Shown: in pieces, positions 1 to 10,160 of the stretch
Layout: every line of letters begins with the position of its first letter
Position numbering within the stretch: the first letter of the stretch is position 1
Assembly: GCA_002343265.1 (NCBI GenBank)
Contig: DDSC01000038.1
Coordinates: 5,454 to 69,453, forward strand
DNA: 64,000 bases
Direction of reading: 5' to 3'
From: Micavibrio sp. UBA2400
GTDB lineage: Bacteria; Pseudomonadota; Alphaproteobacteria; UBA2400
Position numbers and translations under genes: made by a program
Notes under the pieces: model-generated
What the model was told of the DNA's origin: nothing
The model's database searches: none
Seen by the model: the letters and a program-made list of their open reading frames with translations, nothing else

Positions 1-47
1 TGACCAGCTGACTGGCGCGAGTTATCGACTGTGTTATAGCATGGGCC

Positions 48-626
48 ATGCCTTGTCCTTTGGTTCTTGCATCGGCTTCGCCCCGTCGGCTTGATTTGCT
101 CCGACAGATTGGGATTGTCCCTGACAAAATTGATCCAGCCGATCTTGATGAATCGCCCCGCAAGGCCGAGCTTCCGCGTGATTATGTTCGTCGCGTGACC
201 GCTGAAAAGGCCCAGACGGTAGCGGCCCGCCACCCCGGCTGTTTTGTTCTGGCGGGTGATACAGTGGTTGCTGTCGGGCGGCGTATTCTGCCCAAGGGGG
301 AAACCCGGGCAGATTTCGAGACCTGTTTCAAATTGCTGCCGGGGCGTAAGCACAAGGTTCTTACGGCGCTCACACTCATCACGCCGACTGGCACGGCCCG
401 ACACACACTGGCCGAGGCAAATGTTACATTTGCGCGAATGAGCGCTGCAGAAATCGAAGCCTATTACGCGACGGGCGAATGGAAGGGCAAGGCCGGGGCC
501 TATGGGTATCAGGGTATTAGTGCGTTACATATTCGTGCGGTACAGGGCAATTACAGCACCATTCTGGGTTTGCCATTGTATGAGTTAGGCAAGATGCTCA
601 GGGCAGGAGGGTTTTATGCCAGTTGA
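48..626 (+). CDS. maf: Maf-family nucleoside triphosphate pyrophosphatase (septum formation protein Maf)
   Basis: 192-aa ORF. The N-terminus 'LVLASASPRRLDLLRQIGI' and overall length and pattern match the Maf/Ham1 family. It overlaps the start of the downstream RNase E/G-family gene by 11 nt, a common arrangement in alphaproteobacteria. Confidence 0.8.
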   Translation: MPCPLVLASASPRRLDLLRQIGIVPDKIDPADLDESPRKAELPRDYVRRVTAEKAQTVAARHPGCFVLAGDTVVAVGRRILPKGETRADFETCFKLLPGRKHKVLTALTLITPTGTARHTLAEANVTFARMSAAEIEAYYATGEWKGKAGAYGYQGISALHIRAVQGNYSTILGLPLYELGKMLRAGGFYAS

Positions 627-1509
627 GCTGTGGGCGGATAGCCAGAATGGGTGTACCCGAGTGGCGCTGGTCGATAGCGGCCACCTGATTGGGCTGGAAG
701 TGGACCGGCTCGACTGTCAGCCATTGCATGGCGCGCGCTATATAGCCAAGGTAATGCGTGTCACCCCCAACTTTGGCGGTGCCGAGCTTGATCTGGGTGA
801 GGGACAGACGGCTTTTCTCAACACAAAACGCCAGCCCCTGCAGGCGGGAGATCCGGTCGCGGTCGAGTGGATCGCTCCGCCGATCGGTGACAAGCTGGCT
901 CTGGTTCGGCGTCTGTCTGATGTGGCTGCCGAGGGGGCTCCGCGCCGGTTACAAGCCGGCCCTGATGCGCTGGCCCGTGCTATGGCCTATAAGCCGGTTA
1001 CCGCTCAAGTGAGTAGCGATTCTTTGCGCCTCAAGCTGGCTCCTTATGGTCTAAAAGCCGAAGTCCAGAGTGGCAAGCCGCCGCTGTTCGAGATGATTGA
1101 TCTTGAAAGCCAGATTGAGACGCTTACTGCGCCGCGTGTCAAGTTCCCCGGTGGTTATCTCGTCATTGAGCACACCGAGGCCGCATGCATCATTGATGTT
1201 AATGGTTCGGGCAGTCCGGCAGAAATCAATCGTGCGGCTCTGCAGGAGACCGCTCGGCAAATTCGGCTGCGCAATCTGGGCGGGATCATCCTGATTGATC
1301 TGGTTGGTGACCGCCGGAATATCGGCAAAGCCATTCTCGATCAGTTTCGTACCGCCACACAAGACGATAGCTGCCCCGTGAATATATATGGCATCACGCA
1401 ACTGGGGCTCATTGAATGCACACGGGAGCGGCGCGGGTGGGAGCTAAAGCGGTTGCTCCTGCCGCCGGAAGGACTGGGCATAGCCAAGACCGAGCAGGAT
1501 AGCCAATAA
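616..1509 (+). CDS. Ribonuclease E/G family protein, unusually short form (297 aa)
   Basis: The N-terminal S1-like region 'TRVALVDSGHLIGLEVD' and the DNase-I-like catalytic block 'CIIDVNGSG...IRLRNLGGIILIDLV' match the RNase E/G catalytic core. Typical Rng is about 490 aa. A GGGAGG RBS sits 5 nt upstream of the ATG. Confidence 0.65.
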   Translation: MPVELWADSQNGCTRVALVDSGHLIGLEVDRLDCQPLHGARYIAKVMRVTPNFGGAELDLGEGQTAFLNTKRQPLQAGDPVAVEWIAPPIGDKLALVRRLSDVAAEGAPRRLQAGPDALARAMAYKPVTAQVSSDSLRLKLAPYGLKAEVQSGKPPLFEMIDLESQIETLTAPRVKFPGGYLVIEHTEAACIIDVNGSGSPAEINRAALQETARQIRLRNLGGIILIDLVGDRRNIGKAILDQFRTATQDDSCPVNIYGITQLGLIECTRERRGWELKRLLLPPEGLGIAKTEQDSQ

Positions 1510-2826
1510 CCCAGCATTGGCCGGAATCTGGAAGCTGAAGTCAAGCAGTGAATGCAAAGCTGCCTGTGTCAGGACAACCAGCGCCAGTAGTGGATAAAGC
1601 TGATTTATTCGCCGAGTAGCAACACCAATCAACAGACGGATACCCAGAGCCAGCAACGCGAAGAGCCATAAGGCTGTTGCGGGCAGGCCAAGCTCAGCCG
1701 CCATTTCCAGATAGGTATTATGGGCTTGCGTGTACGTCATCTGCAAATTTTCGCTGCGATAGGTGGGGTAAAGGTGCGCGTAGGTTCCCAGTCCTTGACC
1801 ACTGAGCGGAGCATCTGCGATCATTCGTGCTGTCACATTCCAGATTTCGCTGCGCTCATCACGCGCCATAATACTACCTTCAAGACGAGCAAACAGACGA
1901 TCACCGTGAAATGTGAGAGCTAGCCCGGTCAGCGTTGCCGCCAATAGAGCAAGAGTAAGGAGTAGCCGGCGCGGTAAGAGCCGTGTTGTGTACAGGCCAA
2001 GCCAGTATACAGCGCCTGCAAGCAGGACACTGGCTAGTCCTGCGCGCGCATTGGTGAGCAGCAGGGCGACGAAAATTAGCCCTGCACCTGACAGCAGCAG
2101 CCAGACGCGTGGAAGGACGTAAATAGCTGTTACGTCAGGGCTGCGGGCGGGACGGGTTGTCTCCAGTTCACGGCAGAGTGTGCGGAGAAAGAGAGTTGCG
2201 AGTACAAAGAATCCCATGCCGCAATAGGCCGCAAAAGCGCCGCGATTAACAAATGTGCCTGTGAGACTTCCAACATAATCACGCTTAACAAACCAGAGCA
2301 GGGTTTGATCTCCCAACGCGTAGATTAATAAGCCATAGAGGGCATATCCGCTCGTAGCAACGGCGATCGTCTTTAGTAAATGGGCCGCCTGGTGTGGCGC
2401 GTGTCCGATCTGGACAGCTAGAAAGAAAAGAATGGCGTAGCTCAGAAGTTTCAAAATACCAGCCATCGTCGCGGCTGGATCGATACTTATGGATCCAAGC
2501 GGTGCGCTGTTCATAAGTATGGGAGCGCTCTCCTGCCAGGCCGTATGGGCTAGTGGAGGGGGAAAAGGGACGAGTTGCAGAGCGCTCCACAGCAGGAAAA
2601 GTGAAAACGGAAAGGCCGGAAGAGCCAACTGCCGCCAACCGATCGGCATGCCCTTGTGGGTACGTGCTAGATGAAGGCTCCACAAGAGCAGTGCTATGGC
2701 ACAGGCACAAGCCAGCAAGCCAACAAAGAGAGGACGATTACTAGCTAGCGGCAAGGGCGTAAGCAAAATAATAGCCTGCATAAGCCGGAGAAGCAGAGGG
2801 GGGATATCAGCCGGGGGGGAAATCAT
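1444..2826 (-). CDS. O-antigen ligase (Wzy_C)-like polytopic membrane protein
   Basis: 460-aa ORF that is very hydrophobic with 10 or more predicted TM helices and a large loop, the typical Wzy_C/O-antigen ligase profile. Its ATG overlaps the ridA stop as ATGA. An alternative start exists at 2781. Confidence 0.5.
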   Translation of the reverse strand: MISPPADIPPLLLRLMQAIILLTPLPLASNRPLFVGLLACACAIALLLWSLHLARTHKGMPIGWRQLALPAFPFSLFLLWSALQLVPFPPPLAHTAWQESAPILMNSAPLGSISIDPAATMAGILKLLSYAILFFLAVQIGHAPHQAAHLLKTIAVATSGYALYGLLIYALGDQTLLWFVKRDYVGSLTGTFVNRGAFAAYCGMGFFVLATLFLRTLCRELETTRPARSPDVTAIYVLPRVWLLLSGAGLIFVALLLTNARAGLASVLLAGAVYWLGLYTTRLLPRRLLLTLALLAATLTGLALTFHGDRLFARLEGSIMARDERSEIWNVTARMIADAPLSGQGLGTYAHLYPTYRSENLQMTYTQAHNTYLEMAAELGLPATALWLFALLALGIRLLIGVATRRINQLYPLLALVVLTQAALHSLLDFSFQIPANAGLLAILLGLGYAQSFRRQEQPL

Positions 2827-3287
2827 GGGCTAATGTCAAAGAGGCCTTCAACCTCAACGGCAGCACCTAGCGGGAGCGAGGGTACTCCAATGGTGCTGCG
2901 CGCGTGGCGGCCTGCTTCGCCGAACACGGATTCCATCAGCTCGCTAGCACCGTTCATGACTTTAGCGTGATCCGTAAACTCAGGCGTTGCACTGATGAAG
3001 CCACCCAGCCGGACAACACGGCGAATAAGGTCAAGAGTACCTAGAGCAGCTTGGGCCTGTGATAGTACATTAATGGCGCACTGACGCGCGGCGTTCTGCC
3101 CCTGTTCAAGAGTAAGGCCTGCTCCAAACTGCCCTGTGAGTAGGAGTTTGCCATCCAACAGCGGAAGCTGACCGGAGATAATCAGGAGATTTCCGGCACG
3201 AACGAAAGGAACATAGGCGGCTATGGCCGGAGTTGGAACGGGGAGTGTAATTCCTAACCGATGGAGAGTTTCGCTGGCGGTTGTCAT
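2823..3287 (-). CDS. ridA: RidA/YjgF family reactive-intermediate deaminase
   Basis: The 154-aa C-terminal part of the 298-aa ORF ('AYVPFVRAGNLLIISGQLPL...AAVEVEGLF') is a clear RidA/YjgF signature. The start was moved to the internal ATG at 3285-3287. The upstream part of the ORF is non-conserved leader. Confidence 0.8.
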   Translation of the reverse strand: MTTASETLHRLGITLPVPTPAIAAYVPFVRAGNLLIISGQLPLLDGKLLLTGQFGAGLTLEQGQNAARQCAINVLSQAQAALGTLDLIRRVVRLGGFISATPEFTDHAKVMNGASELMESVFGEAGRHARSTIGVPSLPLGAAVEVEGLFDISP

Positions 3288-3297
3288 TGTGCTCGTC

Positions 3298-4377
3298 CTA
3301 ATATGATGGGATAGCGTCTTGGGCAACCAGCCAGGTCCCGATCTTCTGCCGAAGCTGATAGCTGTTACCCTCCAGATGAAGGCTACTGTAGTCAACATCA
3401 AGATAGTCAATCGTTGCCTCTGGTCCGGCGACGCTAATGGCGGGCTCGGCGGCATAGGTTGCCAGTTCAAAGGAACGACGCGGGATAATAAGATACTTAC
3501 GTGTTGGATGTGTACGGGACAGATGATCGGTGAGCGTAAGGCGGACGTAGAGTGGTGTAAGAACAGTGGCCAGCAATGGGCGTGACCAGCGCGGAGCGGA
3601 CGTGGCATTGTCGCGAATAGCCGAGGCAAGATCGGCCGGTGGATAAACCAGAGTGAGTGTCCGAGCGGGTAGGGCGATGGTGTTGAGTTTGTTCGCCGCC
3701 GCCGCTGCAACCAAGGCACCGGCGCCGATACCGATCAGATTGATGCGCTGGGCGTCGATCGCCAAATAGGAGCGCGCCCAGTCAACAATATCGACAATAT
3801 CTCCGGGGGCCTCGTGCAGCCCCATGTAAACATTATAGCCATAGGTAAGCGGGTTGCTGGTCAGAAAGGTCCAGTAATCTCCGATAGACTTGGCGGAGTG
3901 TAGCTGGTGCAGTGGAAACCAACCTGAGATGAGCATGCGTTTCAGACGGGGGGAGCGATAAATTACTACAGTTTGATTACCCGTAGGCCTGATCTGATCG
4001 ATGAGCCATTCCACAGGCAAGAATCCGGCCACAATAACGGTCAAGGCTTGATTGGCTGCGCTGGAGGTTCCCTGCGGGCGTAGATAGTCAACCTTCAGAG
4101 TGCGATCATCGCTCGTGACAAGAGTAACTTGCTGTGAGGTCCAAGTTTCCCCCGATTCACCCCGTAGGGTCGACCAGCTGGTACTTCCCGCATGTTTGTA
4201 GGTGAGCTTGGCCGATGTCGCATCGTAGCTGAGTGAAGGGGTTAGTAGCTGCAAAATGATGAGGGCTACGCCAACCGGGAGTAAAAAAAACTTAAACGCA
4301 ACAGACCCCAGTTGCGCCATCAACGAGCGGACGGCGTGTAAGGTTCCTTGCGGTTTTGGCGACGTGGACACAACCAT
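3298..4377 (-). CDS. Hypothetical membrane-anchored alpha/beta-hydrolase-fold-like protein with non-canonical nucleophile elbow
   Basis: 359-aa ORF with an N-terminal hydrophobic segment 'FKFFLLPVGVALIILQLL'. The middle region 'INLIGIGAGALVAAAAA' looks like a GxSxG elbow but reads G-I-G-A-G with no Ser. No confident family assignment. Confidence 0.35.
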   Translation of the reverse strand: MVVSTSPKPQGTLHAVRSLMAQLGSVAFKFFLLPVGVALIILQLLTPSLSYDATSAKLTYKHAGSTSWSTLRGESGETWTSQQVTLVTSDDRTLKVDYLRPQGTSSAANQALTVIVAGFLPVEWLIDQIRPTGNQTVVIYRSPRLKRMLISGWFPLHQLHSAKSIGDYWTFLTSNPLTYGYNVYMGLHEAPGDIVDIVDWARSYLAIDAQRINLIGIGAGALVAAAAANKLNTIALPARTLTLVYPPADLASAIRDNATSAPRWSRPLLATVLTPLYVRLTLTDHLSRTHPTRKYLIIPRRSFELATYAAEPAISVAGPEATIDYLDVDYSSLHLEGNSYQLRQKIGTWLVAQDAIPSY

Positions 4378-4428
4378 TATGCCGACAGGTTATCCGCAAA
4401 GAATAGTTCCTACAACCGGCAAACCGAC

Positions 4429-7400
4429 TTAGCTGCAGCCTGTGGTTGCACCGCATGTATCGCATTTCAGGCAGGTGCCGTTGCGCAGCATAGTCAGGTG
4501 ACCACACTCCGGGCAAGCTTCGCCTTCATAGCCCTTGGCGCGTGCGATACTGATGCTCTGCGCTTTGGCACTGGCAACCGCAGAGACGGCACTGACCGTC
4601 TTCGTTGTGCCAGCCGTCGCCGGAATCACCATTGTTTCGGCACCCACCGCCATGGCGAAGTTGCTTTCCACGACTGGGGCTGTCATGTTGGCGGCAACGG
4701 GCTGGCTTTGCTTAGCCAGATTGGTGACCACTTTGAAGTTGGCCCGTACATAGCCGGTTGACGCAACCTTGCGGACGCTTTCCTGCATCGCGGCCTCGGC
4801 TTCCTGCAGTGCGCTTTGCTCATCGCCTTTGCCAACCGTCGAGGGCTGCATATCTTCCGTGGTGACGTGAGCTAGATCGTGACGTCCAAGATACGAAACC
4901 GCCAGTTCACGGAAAATATAGTCGAGCACCGAGGTCGCCATCTTGATGGCATCGTTGCCCTGTACGGCACCCGACGGCTCAAAGCGGGTGAAGGTGAAAG
5001 CATCAACATACTCTTCCAGCGGTACGCCGTACTGCAGGCCCAGCGAAATAGCGATGGCAAAGTTGTTGATGAGCGAGCGGAAGGCGGCTCCCTCCTTATG
5101 CATATCAATGAAAATCTCACCAATACGCCCATCTTCGTACTCACCGGTACGCAGATAGACCTTGTGGCCACCGACAATCGCTTTTTGGGTATAGCCCTTA
5201 CGGCGGTCAGGTAGTTTTTCGCGTTCCGCATGGGTTACGCGCTGGATGATGCGCTCGACAATACGCTCAGCCATCACCGGCGCCTTTAGTGCGTTTGGCA
5301 ACTCGCTGATCGTCTGGGCGACGTCTTCCGCGTCCTCATTGTCATTGGCGATGAGAGCGGCACTGAGAGGTTGGCTGAGCTTGGAGCCATCGCGATACAA
5401 TGCCATAGCCTTCAGGCCGAGCGACCACGCCAGCATGTAGGCGTTCTTGCAGTCATCCACAGTGGCGTGATTGGGCATGTTGATGGTCTTGGAAATAGCC
5501 CCGCTGATAAAGGGTTGTGCGGCCCCCATCATTCGGACATGCGCCTCCCAGCTGAGGTAGCGCTTGCCGATGCGGCCGCACGGGCTGGCGCAGTCGAACA
5601 CCGGGAGATGCTCATCTTTCAGATGTGGCGCTCCCTCAACTGTCATTGCGCCGCAGCAGTAGATGTTGGCGGCATCAATATCCTGCTTGCTGTAGCCCAG
5701 ATGGGCGAGTAGATCGAAGGTTGGGGAATTCAACAGTTCGGCATCAATCTTCAGCGTATCGCGGCAGAACTCCTCGCCGAGCGTATATTTATTGAACGCA
5801 AAGCGGATGTCAAAAGCGCTGGCTAATGCCTGATCGAGCTTTTCAATCGCGGCATCGGTAAAGCCTTTGGTTTTCAGACTTTCGTGGCTGACGCCCGGCG
5901 CATGGCGCAGTGTGCCGTGGCCGACGGCATAGGTCACAATCGCTTCAATTTGGTCATTAATGTAGCCAAGCTTGCGCAGCGCTTCCGGCACCGTGCGGTT
6001 GATGATCTTGAAATATCCGCCACCCGACAGCTTTTTGAACTTCACCAACGCAAAGTCCGGCTCGATGCCTGTGGTGTCGCAATCCATCACTAGACCAATG
6101 GTGCCTGTCGGCGCAATCACAGTGGCTTGCGCATTGCGGTAACCATAGCGCTGCCCCAACTCTACCGCCTGATCCCACGCCATACGCGCAGCAGCAATCA
6201 GGTCGGCCTGTGGGCAATCTTCGGCGTTGAGCGGCATGGGGGCCAGATGCAGCTTCTCATAACCCGCCTTCTGGCCATAGGCCGCACCGCGATGGTTCTT
6301 CATTACACGCAACATATGTTCGGTATTCTCGGTGTAGGCCGGGAAGGGGCCAAGCTCGTCGGCCATTTCGGCGCTGGTCGCATAGGCAACGCCAGTCATG
6401 ATGGCGGCAATGGCACCGGCAATGGCACGGCCCTCATTGCTGTCATAACCAAGGCCCGAGGCCATCAGCAGCGCGCCGAGGTTGGCATAGCCAAGACCAA
6501 GTGTGCGGTACTGGTAGGACAAACGGGCAATTTCAGCGCTCGGGAATTGCGCCATCAGTACGGCAATTTCAAGTGCAATTGTCCATAAGCGGGTAGCATG
6601 GGTGAACGCATCAATATCAAAGCTGCCATCATCATGCCGGAACTGCATGAGGTTGAGCGAGGCCAGATTGCATGCCGTATCATCAAGGAACATGTATTCC
6701 GAGCACGGATTACTGGCATTGATGCGACCACCCATCGGGCAGGTATGCCAGTCGTTAATAGTGGTATCAAACTGAACACCGGGATCCGCACATTGCCAAG
6801 CGGCGCTGGTGACTTTGTCCCACAGATCGCGCGCCTTGAGGGTCTTTGCGACTTTTCCATCGGTACGGCGGATCAGTGACCAAGGGCCATCGGTACGGAC
6901 GGCATGAATGAAGTCATCACTCACGCGAACCGAGTTGTTGCTGTTCTGGCCAGCCACCGTGCGGTAGGCTTCGCTCTCCCAATCCACATCATAGGTCTTG
7001 ACCTCAATGGTCTTGAAACCCTGCTTGGCAAAGCCAAGGACGCGAGCAATCGCCCCATCGGGGATGAATGCCTTACGGGCATCCTTGATGGCCTTCTTCA
7101 GCTCTTTATTCTGTTCAGGGTCGGTACCGCTCTGTGCGGCAGCCATAATGGCGGTCAGATGCTTGGCGCACTGTTTGGAGCCAGCGACCAGCGCAGCGAC
7201 CTTCTGCTCTTCCACCACTTTCCAGTCGATATAGGTTTCGATATCCGGATGGTCGAGATCAACTGTCACCATTTTGGCGGCGCGGCGGGTCGTGCCGCCG
7301 CTCTTGATGGCTCCCGCGGCGGCATCGCCAATCTTTAGCCAGCTCATCAGGCCGGAGGAACGACCGCCACCACCGAGCGGCTCACCTTCGCCGCGCAAGG

Positions 7401-8109
7401 CTGAGAAGTTGCTTCCCGTGCCCGAGCCATATTTGAACAGGCGGGCTTCACGAGTCCACAGATCCATGATGCCGCCTTCATTGACCAGATCATCCTTCAC
7501 GCTCTGGATGAAGCAGGCGTGCGGCTGCGGGTGCTCATAGGCTGTCTCCGACTTCTTCAACTCACCAGTCTGGAAATCAACGTAATGGTGGCCCTGCGCC
7601 GGGCCATCGATGCCATAAGCCCAGTGCAGACCGGTATTGAACCACTGCGGGCTGTTTGGTGCGGCCATTTGCGCTGCCAGCATGTAGCGCATTTCATCAT
7701 AATAGGCGCGGGCGTCCTCTTCGGTATCGAAATATCCACCCTTCCAGCCCCAGTAGGTCCAGCATCCGGCAAGGCGGTCAAATACCTGACGGCTGTCGGT
7801 CTCCCCCCCCATGCGCTCATCTTCAGGGAATGTGGCCAGCATGGCGTCATCAGGCACGCGGCGCCACAGCCAGTTCGGCACGCTGTTTTCTTCAACAGTC
7901 TTGAGGGCGGAGGGCACACCTTTCCGGCGGAAGTATTTTTGCGCCAGCACGTCCACCGCTACCTGCGACCAGTTGCCGGGTACGTTAATATCTTTGGCCG
8001 AGAACACCACTGAACCATCCGGATTGCGGATTTCCGAGCTGGTGGTGCGGAAGGTCAGGCCCGCATAGGCGTCTTGACCGGAAACAGTGAAACGGCGGGT
8101 GATTTTCAT
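4429..8109 (-). CDS. nrdJ: Ribonucleotide reductase class II, adenosylcobalamin-dependent (NrdJ), long alphaproteobacterial form
   Basis: 1226 aa from the internal ATG at 8107-8109 ([11 protein letters not shown]...), which has a GGAGAG RBS. The RNR catalytic core has conserved Cys and a C-terminal zinc ribbon '[22 protein letters not shown]'. The track ORF extends 50 codons upstream without conservation. Confidence 0.9.
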   Translation of the reverse strand: MKITRRFTVSGQDAYAGLTFRTTSSEIRNPDGSVVFSAKDINVPGNWSQVAVDVLAQKYFRRKGVPSALKTVEENSVPNWLWRRVPDDAMLATFPEDERMGGETDSRQVFDRLAGCWTYWGWKGGYFDTEEDARAYYDEMRYMLAAQMAAPNSPQWFNTGLHWAYGIDGPAQGHHYVDFQTGELKKSETAYEHPQPHACFIQSVKDDLVNEGGIMDLWTREARLFKYGSGTGSNFSALRGEGEPLGGGGRSSGLMSWLKIGDAAAGAIKSGGTTRRAAKMVTVDLDHPDIETYIDWKVVEEQKVAALVAGSKQCAKHLTAIMAAAQSGTDPEQNKELKKAIKDARKAFIPDGAIARVLGFAKQGFKTIEVKTYDVDWESEAYRTVAGQNSNNSVRVSDDFIHAVRTDGPWSLIRRTDGKVAKTLKARDLWDKVTSAAWQCADPGVQFDTTINDWHTCPMGGRINASNPCSEYMFLDDTACNLASLNLMQFRHDDGSFDIDAFTHATRLWTIALEIAVLMAQFPSAEIARLSYQYRTLGLGYANLGALLMASGLGYDSNEGRAIAGAIAAIMTGVAYATSAEMADELGPFPAYTENTEHMLRVMKNHRGAAYGQKAGYEKLHLAPMPLNAEDCPQADLIAAARMAWDQAVELGQRYGYRNAQATVIAPTGTIGLVMDCDTTGIEPDFALVKFKKLSGGGYFKIINRTVPEALRKLGYINDQIEAIVTYAVGHGTLRHAPGVSHESLKTKGFTDAAIEKLDQALASAFDIRFAFNKYTLGEEFCRDTLKIDAELLNSPTFDLLAHLGYSKQDIDAANIYCCGAMTVEGAPHLKDEHLPVFDCASPCGRIGKRYLSWEAHVRMMGAAQPFISGAISKTINMPNHATVDDCKNAYMLAWSLGLKAMALYRDGSKLSQPLSAALIANDNEDAEDVAQTISELPNALKAPVMAERIVERIIQRVTHAEREKLPDRRKGYTQKAIVGGHKVYLRTGEYEDGRIGEIFIDMHKEGAAFRSLINNFAIAISLGLQYGVPLEEYVDAFTFTRFEPSGAVQGNDAIKMATSVLDYIFRELAVSYLGRHDLAHVTTEDMQPSTVGKGDEQSALQEAEAAMQESVRKVASTGYVRANFKVVTNLAKQSQPVAANMTAPVVESNFAMAVGAETMVIPATAGTTKTVSAVSAVASAKAQSISIARAKGYEGEACPECGHLTMLRNGTCLKCDTCGATTGCS

Positions 8110-8653
8110 GGCGGACTCTCCACATTTGCCAGCCGAGACGGGCTGGCAGGAACTCGTAAACTTGAAACGATACAAGGGACAATGCCAGAAAGTTAATATC
8201 GCGCAATTGATCTTTGCGGTGGAAAAGCGATTAGTAGGTCTTGACTTGATCCTCCTCAATTTCGTACGAATCGGTCAGCGATAACCGCTTGACTTCTGAA
8301 ACTACGAAACAGCTATAGAAACAGGGTAGAGGCAATGGCGAATTTTGATGAGACTGCCTACGCGGGTGAAAGATTACGTAATTTGAATGAAAGCGCTTTA
8401 GTTGCCTTCCGCATCTTGGAGGCAAATGGCATTGCGGCTTTGGTTTGTGATGCCTGACGTTACCCATTCCGAGCAGAAGACGCCGCTGGGTCAGATCATT
8501 GATAGCCCAGAAGGGCATAAGGAGCTGCACGTGCGCCTGAGCAAACTGGCGGCCGCCCGCCTGATCCGAGGGTAAGCGATTAACCTCAATTTCTAATAGA
8601 GAAGCCAAAAAGTTAATAATTCTGTGGGGTTGGCGCAAGAAAGCTGATCTTGC

Positions 8654-8682
8654 TTGCATTTTGGGCGCAAACCCCCTATAAG
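8654..8682 (+). promoter_or_regulatory. Candidate sigma70 promoter for rpmE (TTGCAT-N17-TATAAG)
   Basis: TTGCAT at 8654-8659 and TATAAG at 8677-8682 are separated by a 17-nt spacer, about 45 nt upstream of the rpmE ATG. Confidence 0.35.
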
Positions 8683-8725
8683 CCAGCCCCTAAGACGAAA
8701 TTTTTGAGAGGACGCCGAGGACATC

Positions 8726-8980
8726 ATGGCTAAAGCAGGCATTCACCCCGAGTATCACGAAGTCAACGTCATCATGACGGATGGCACCACATTCAAGACC
8801 CGTTCGACCAAGGGCAAGGCTGGTGACAGCTGGCGTCTGGACATCGACAGCAAGTCGCACCCGGCTTACACCGGTGGCGAGCAGAAGTTGATGCAGAACG
8901 ATCAGGTCGACAAGTTCAGCAAGAAGTTCGGCGCTTTTGGTGTTGGCGTCAAGAAGACCGAGGAGAAGAAGTCGGCCTAA
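8726..8980 (+). CDS. rpmE: 50S ribosomal protein L31
   Basis: 84-aa ORF '[23 protein letters not shown]...' is a typical alphaproteobacterial L31. An RBS-like GAGGA lies upstream. Confidence 0.85.
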   Translation: MAKAGIHPEYHEVNVIMTDGTTFKTRSTKGKAGDSWRLDIDSKSHPAYTGGEQKLMQNDQVDKFSKKFGAFGVGVKKTEEKKSA

Positions 8981-9005
8981 CCCGTTTTCTCTGCGAGACG
9001 AATTC

Positions 9006-9033
9006 AAGGCGGGCTGAGCGGCCCGCCTTTTTC
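9006..9033. terminator. Bidirectional rho-independent terminator between rpmE and the convergent gene
   Basis: Hairpin AAGGCGGGC-tgagc-GGCCCGCCTT followed by TTTTT, immediately after the rpmE stop and abutting the stop of the minus-strand ORF at 9035. Confidence 0.55.
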
Positions 9034-9034
9034 G

Positions 9035-9484
9035 TTAGGCGGAAATTTTGGCGCGGGCAGCCTGATCGAGCCGCAGGACGCGCATATAAATGCCATGGCT
9101 GCGTTCAAGCAGCTTTTGCATGGACGGTGGCACACGGTTGTCGTTGTGGCCATCCAGATCAGTACAGATATCTTCTGCACCGAGTGAGAAATCACCACCG
9201 CAGGCTTGATGCAAAGTCATCTCCCCGGTCTGTACCGCGCGCTGCGCTAGCAGCCAGGCCATGGCTTGTGTCATGCGGCTGGTCAGGCGCATAGCCTGCA
9301 AGTTTACAAAGACAGCATCCCACACGTTAGGCTGCCGTAGCGCCTGCCGGGCGGAGGGATGATAACTGAGGTAATTGTGTGCCTCTTCCAGCAAATCCAT
9401 CGACTCGCTGTAAAGCTTATTCAAAAATAGTGGTTGGGCTGCGCTCATGTCTAAATTTGAACATATCCGGTCCGCTAATTTCAA
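9035..9484 (-). CDS. Conserved hypothetical cytoplasmic protein (alphaproteobacterial)
   Basis: 149-aa ORF with no recognisable catalytic motif and an alpha-helical composition. The start is uncertain (alternative MSAAQ at 9448). Confidence 0.4.
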   Translation of the reverse strand: MKLADRICSNLDMSAAQPLFLNKLYSESMDLLEEAHNYLSYHPSARQALRQPNVWDAVFVNLQAMRLTSRMTQAMAWLLAQRAVQTGEMTLHQACGGDFSLGAEDICTDLDGHNDNRVPPSMQKLLERSHGIYMRVLRLDQAARAKISA

Positions 9485-9596
9485 GCACTACAGACATCGA
9501 TATGGTTAAGGTTTTTACACTGAATTTAACCATATTTCCGCCGCTCGGTGCAGACAATCAAACGTACATGGGTAGTACTGAGCTGGTTTTCAAGTT

Positions 9597-9627
9597 CTTG
9601 CGTACGCTTGCATCTCTCCCCACATCT
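9597..9627 (+). promoter_or_regulatory. Candidate sigma32 (RpoH)-type heat-shock promoter upstream of hsp20
   Basis: CTTGCGT and CCCCACATCT with a 14-nt spacer match the sigma32 consensus CTTGAAA-N13-15-CCCCATnT. They lie about 55 nt upstream of the Hsp20 ATG, and rpoH is encoded 3 kb away. Confidence 0.4.
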
Positions 9628-9683
9628 GGCTCGTAAGCGGTGCCAGTGTGGGCCGCGCAACTGTGATGCCAAGGAGGATCACC

Positions 9684-10118
9684 ATGCGTACTTATGATTT
9701 TTCCCCAATGTTCCGTTCGGTCGTCGGCTTTGACCGCCTGAACCGGATGATGGAGAGCGCTCTTGAGGTGGAAGAGGGCGGCTATCCGCCCTATAATATC
9801 GAAAAGTCAGGCGAGGATAGTTACCGCATCACTATGGCAGTAGCTGGCTTCGCGCCGGATGACATTGATGTTGTGGTCAAGGAGAATACCCTGACCGTTA
9901 GTGGTAAGGCCAAGGTGTCGGAAGAGGAAAAAGGCAAGACCTTCCTGTACCGCGGTATTGCCAGCCGGGCCTTTGAGCGACGCTTCCAGCTGGCGGATCA
10001 CATCAAGGTTGGTGAGGCCAAGCTGGCGAATGGGTTGCTGTCGATTGATCTGACCCGTGAGGTGCCGGAGGCCAGCAAGCCCCGCACTATTACGGTGAAG
10101 GCGGACACGACCCACTAA
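9684..10118 (+). CDS. Small heat-shock protein, Hsp20/alpha-crystallin family (IbpA-like)
   Basis: 144 aa from the ATG at 9684 with an AAGGAGG RBS. The alpha-crystallin domain motifs 'YPPYNIEKSGEDSYRITMAVAGF' and 'LLSIDL' are present. Confidence 0.85.
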   Translation: MRTYDFSPMFRSVVGFDRLNRMMESALEVEEGGYPPYNIEKSGEDSYRITMAVAGFAPDDIDVVVKENTLTVSGKAKVSEEEKGKTFLYRGIASRAFERRFQLADHIKVGEAKLANGLLSIDLTREVPEASKPRTITVKADTTH

Positions 10119-10130
10119 ATAGGTAAGGCT

Positions 10131-10160
10131 GGGCGGCGGGTGCTGTGGTGCTCGCCGCCT
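10131..10160. terminator. Possible bidirectional terminator hairpin after hsp20
   Basis: GGCGGCG...CGCCGCC inverted repeat followed by a T-rich tract. The T-run is weak. Confidence 0.3.

Noticed and set aside
4535-8013. Many plus-strand ORFs (65-181 aa) antisense to nrdJ.
   Set aside because: They are fully contained within the well-supported nrdJ coding region on the other strand. They are high-GC antisense artefacts.
8231-8659. 142-aa minus-strand ORF in the nrdJ upstream region.
   Set aside because: Composition is not protein-like (His/Arg/Pro/Cys-rich) and there is no RBS. It overlaps the plus-strand mini-ORFs and the rpmE promoter, so it is likely a leader artefact.
8110-8725. Cobalamin riboswitch upstream of nrdJ.
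   Set aside because: No 'GCCACTG' B12 box or characteristic conserved elements were seen. B12 riboswitches usually control B12-independent isozymes rather than NrdJ itself.
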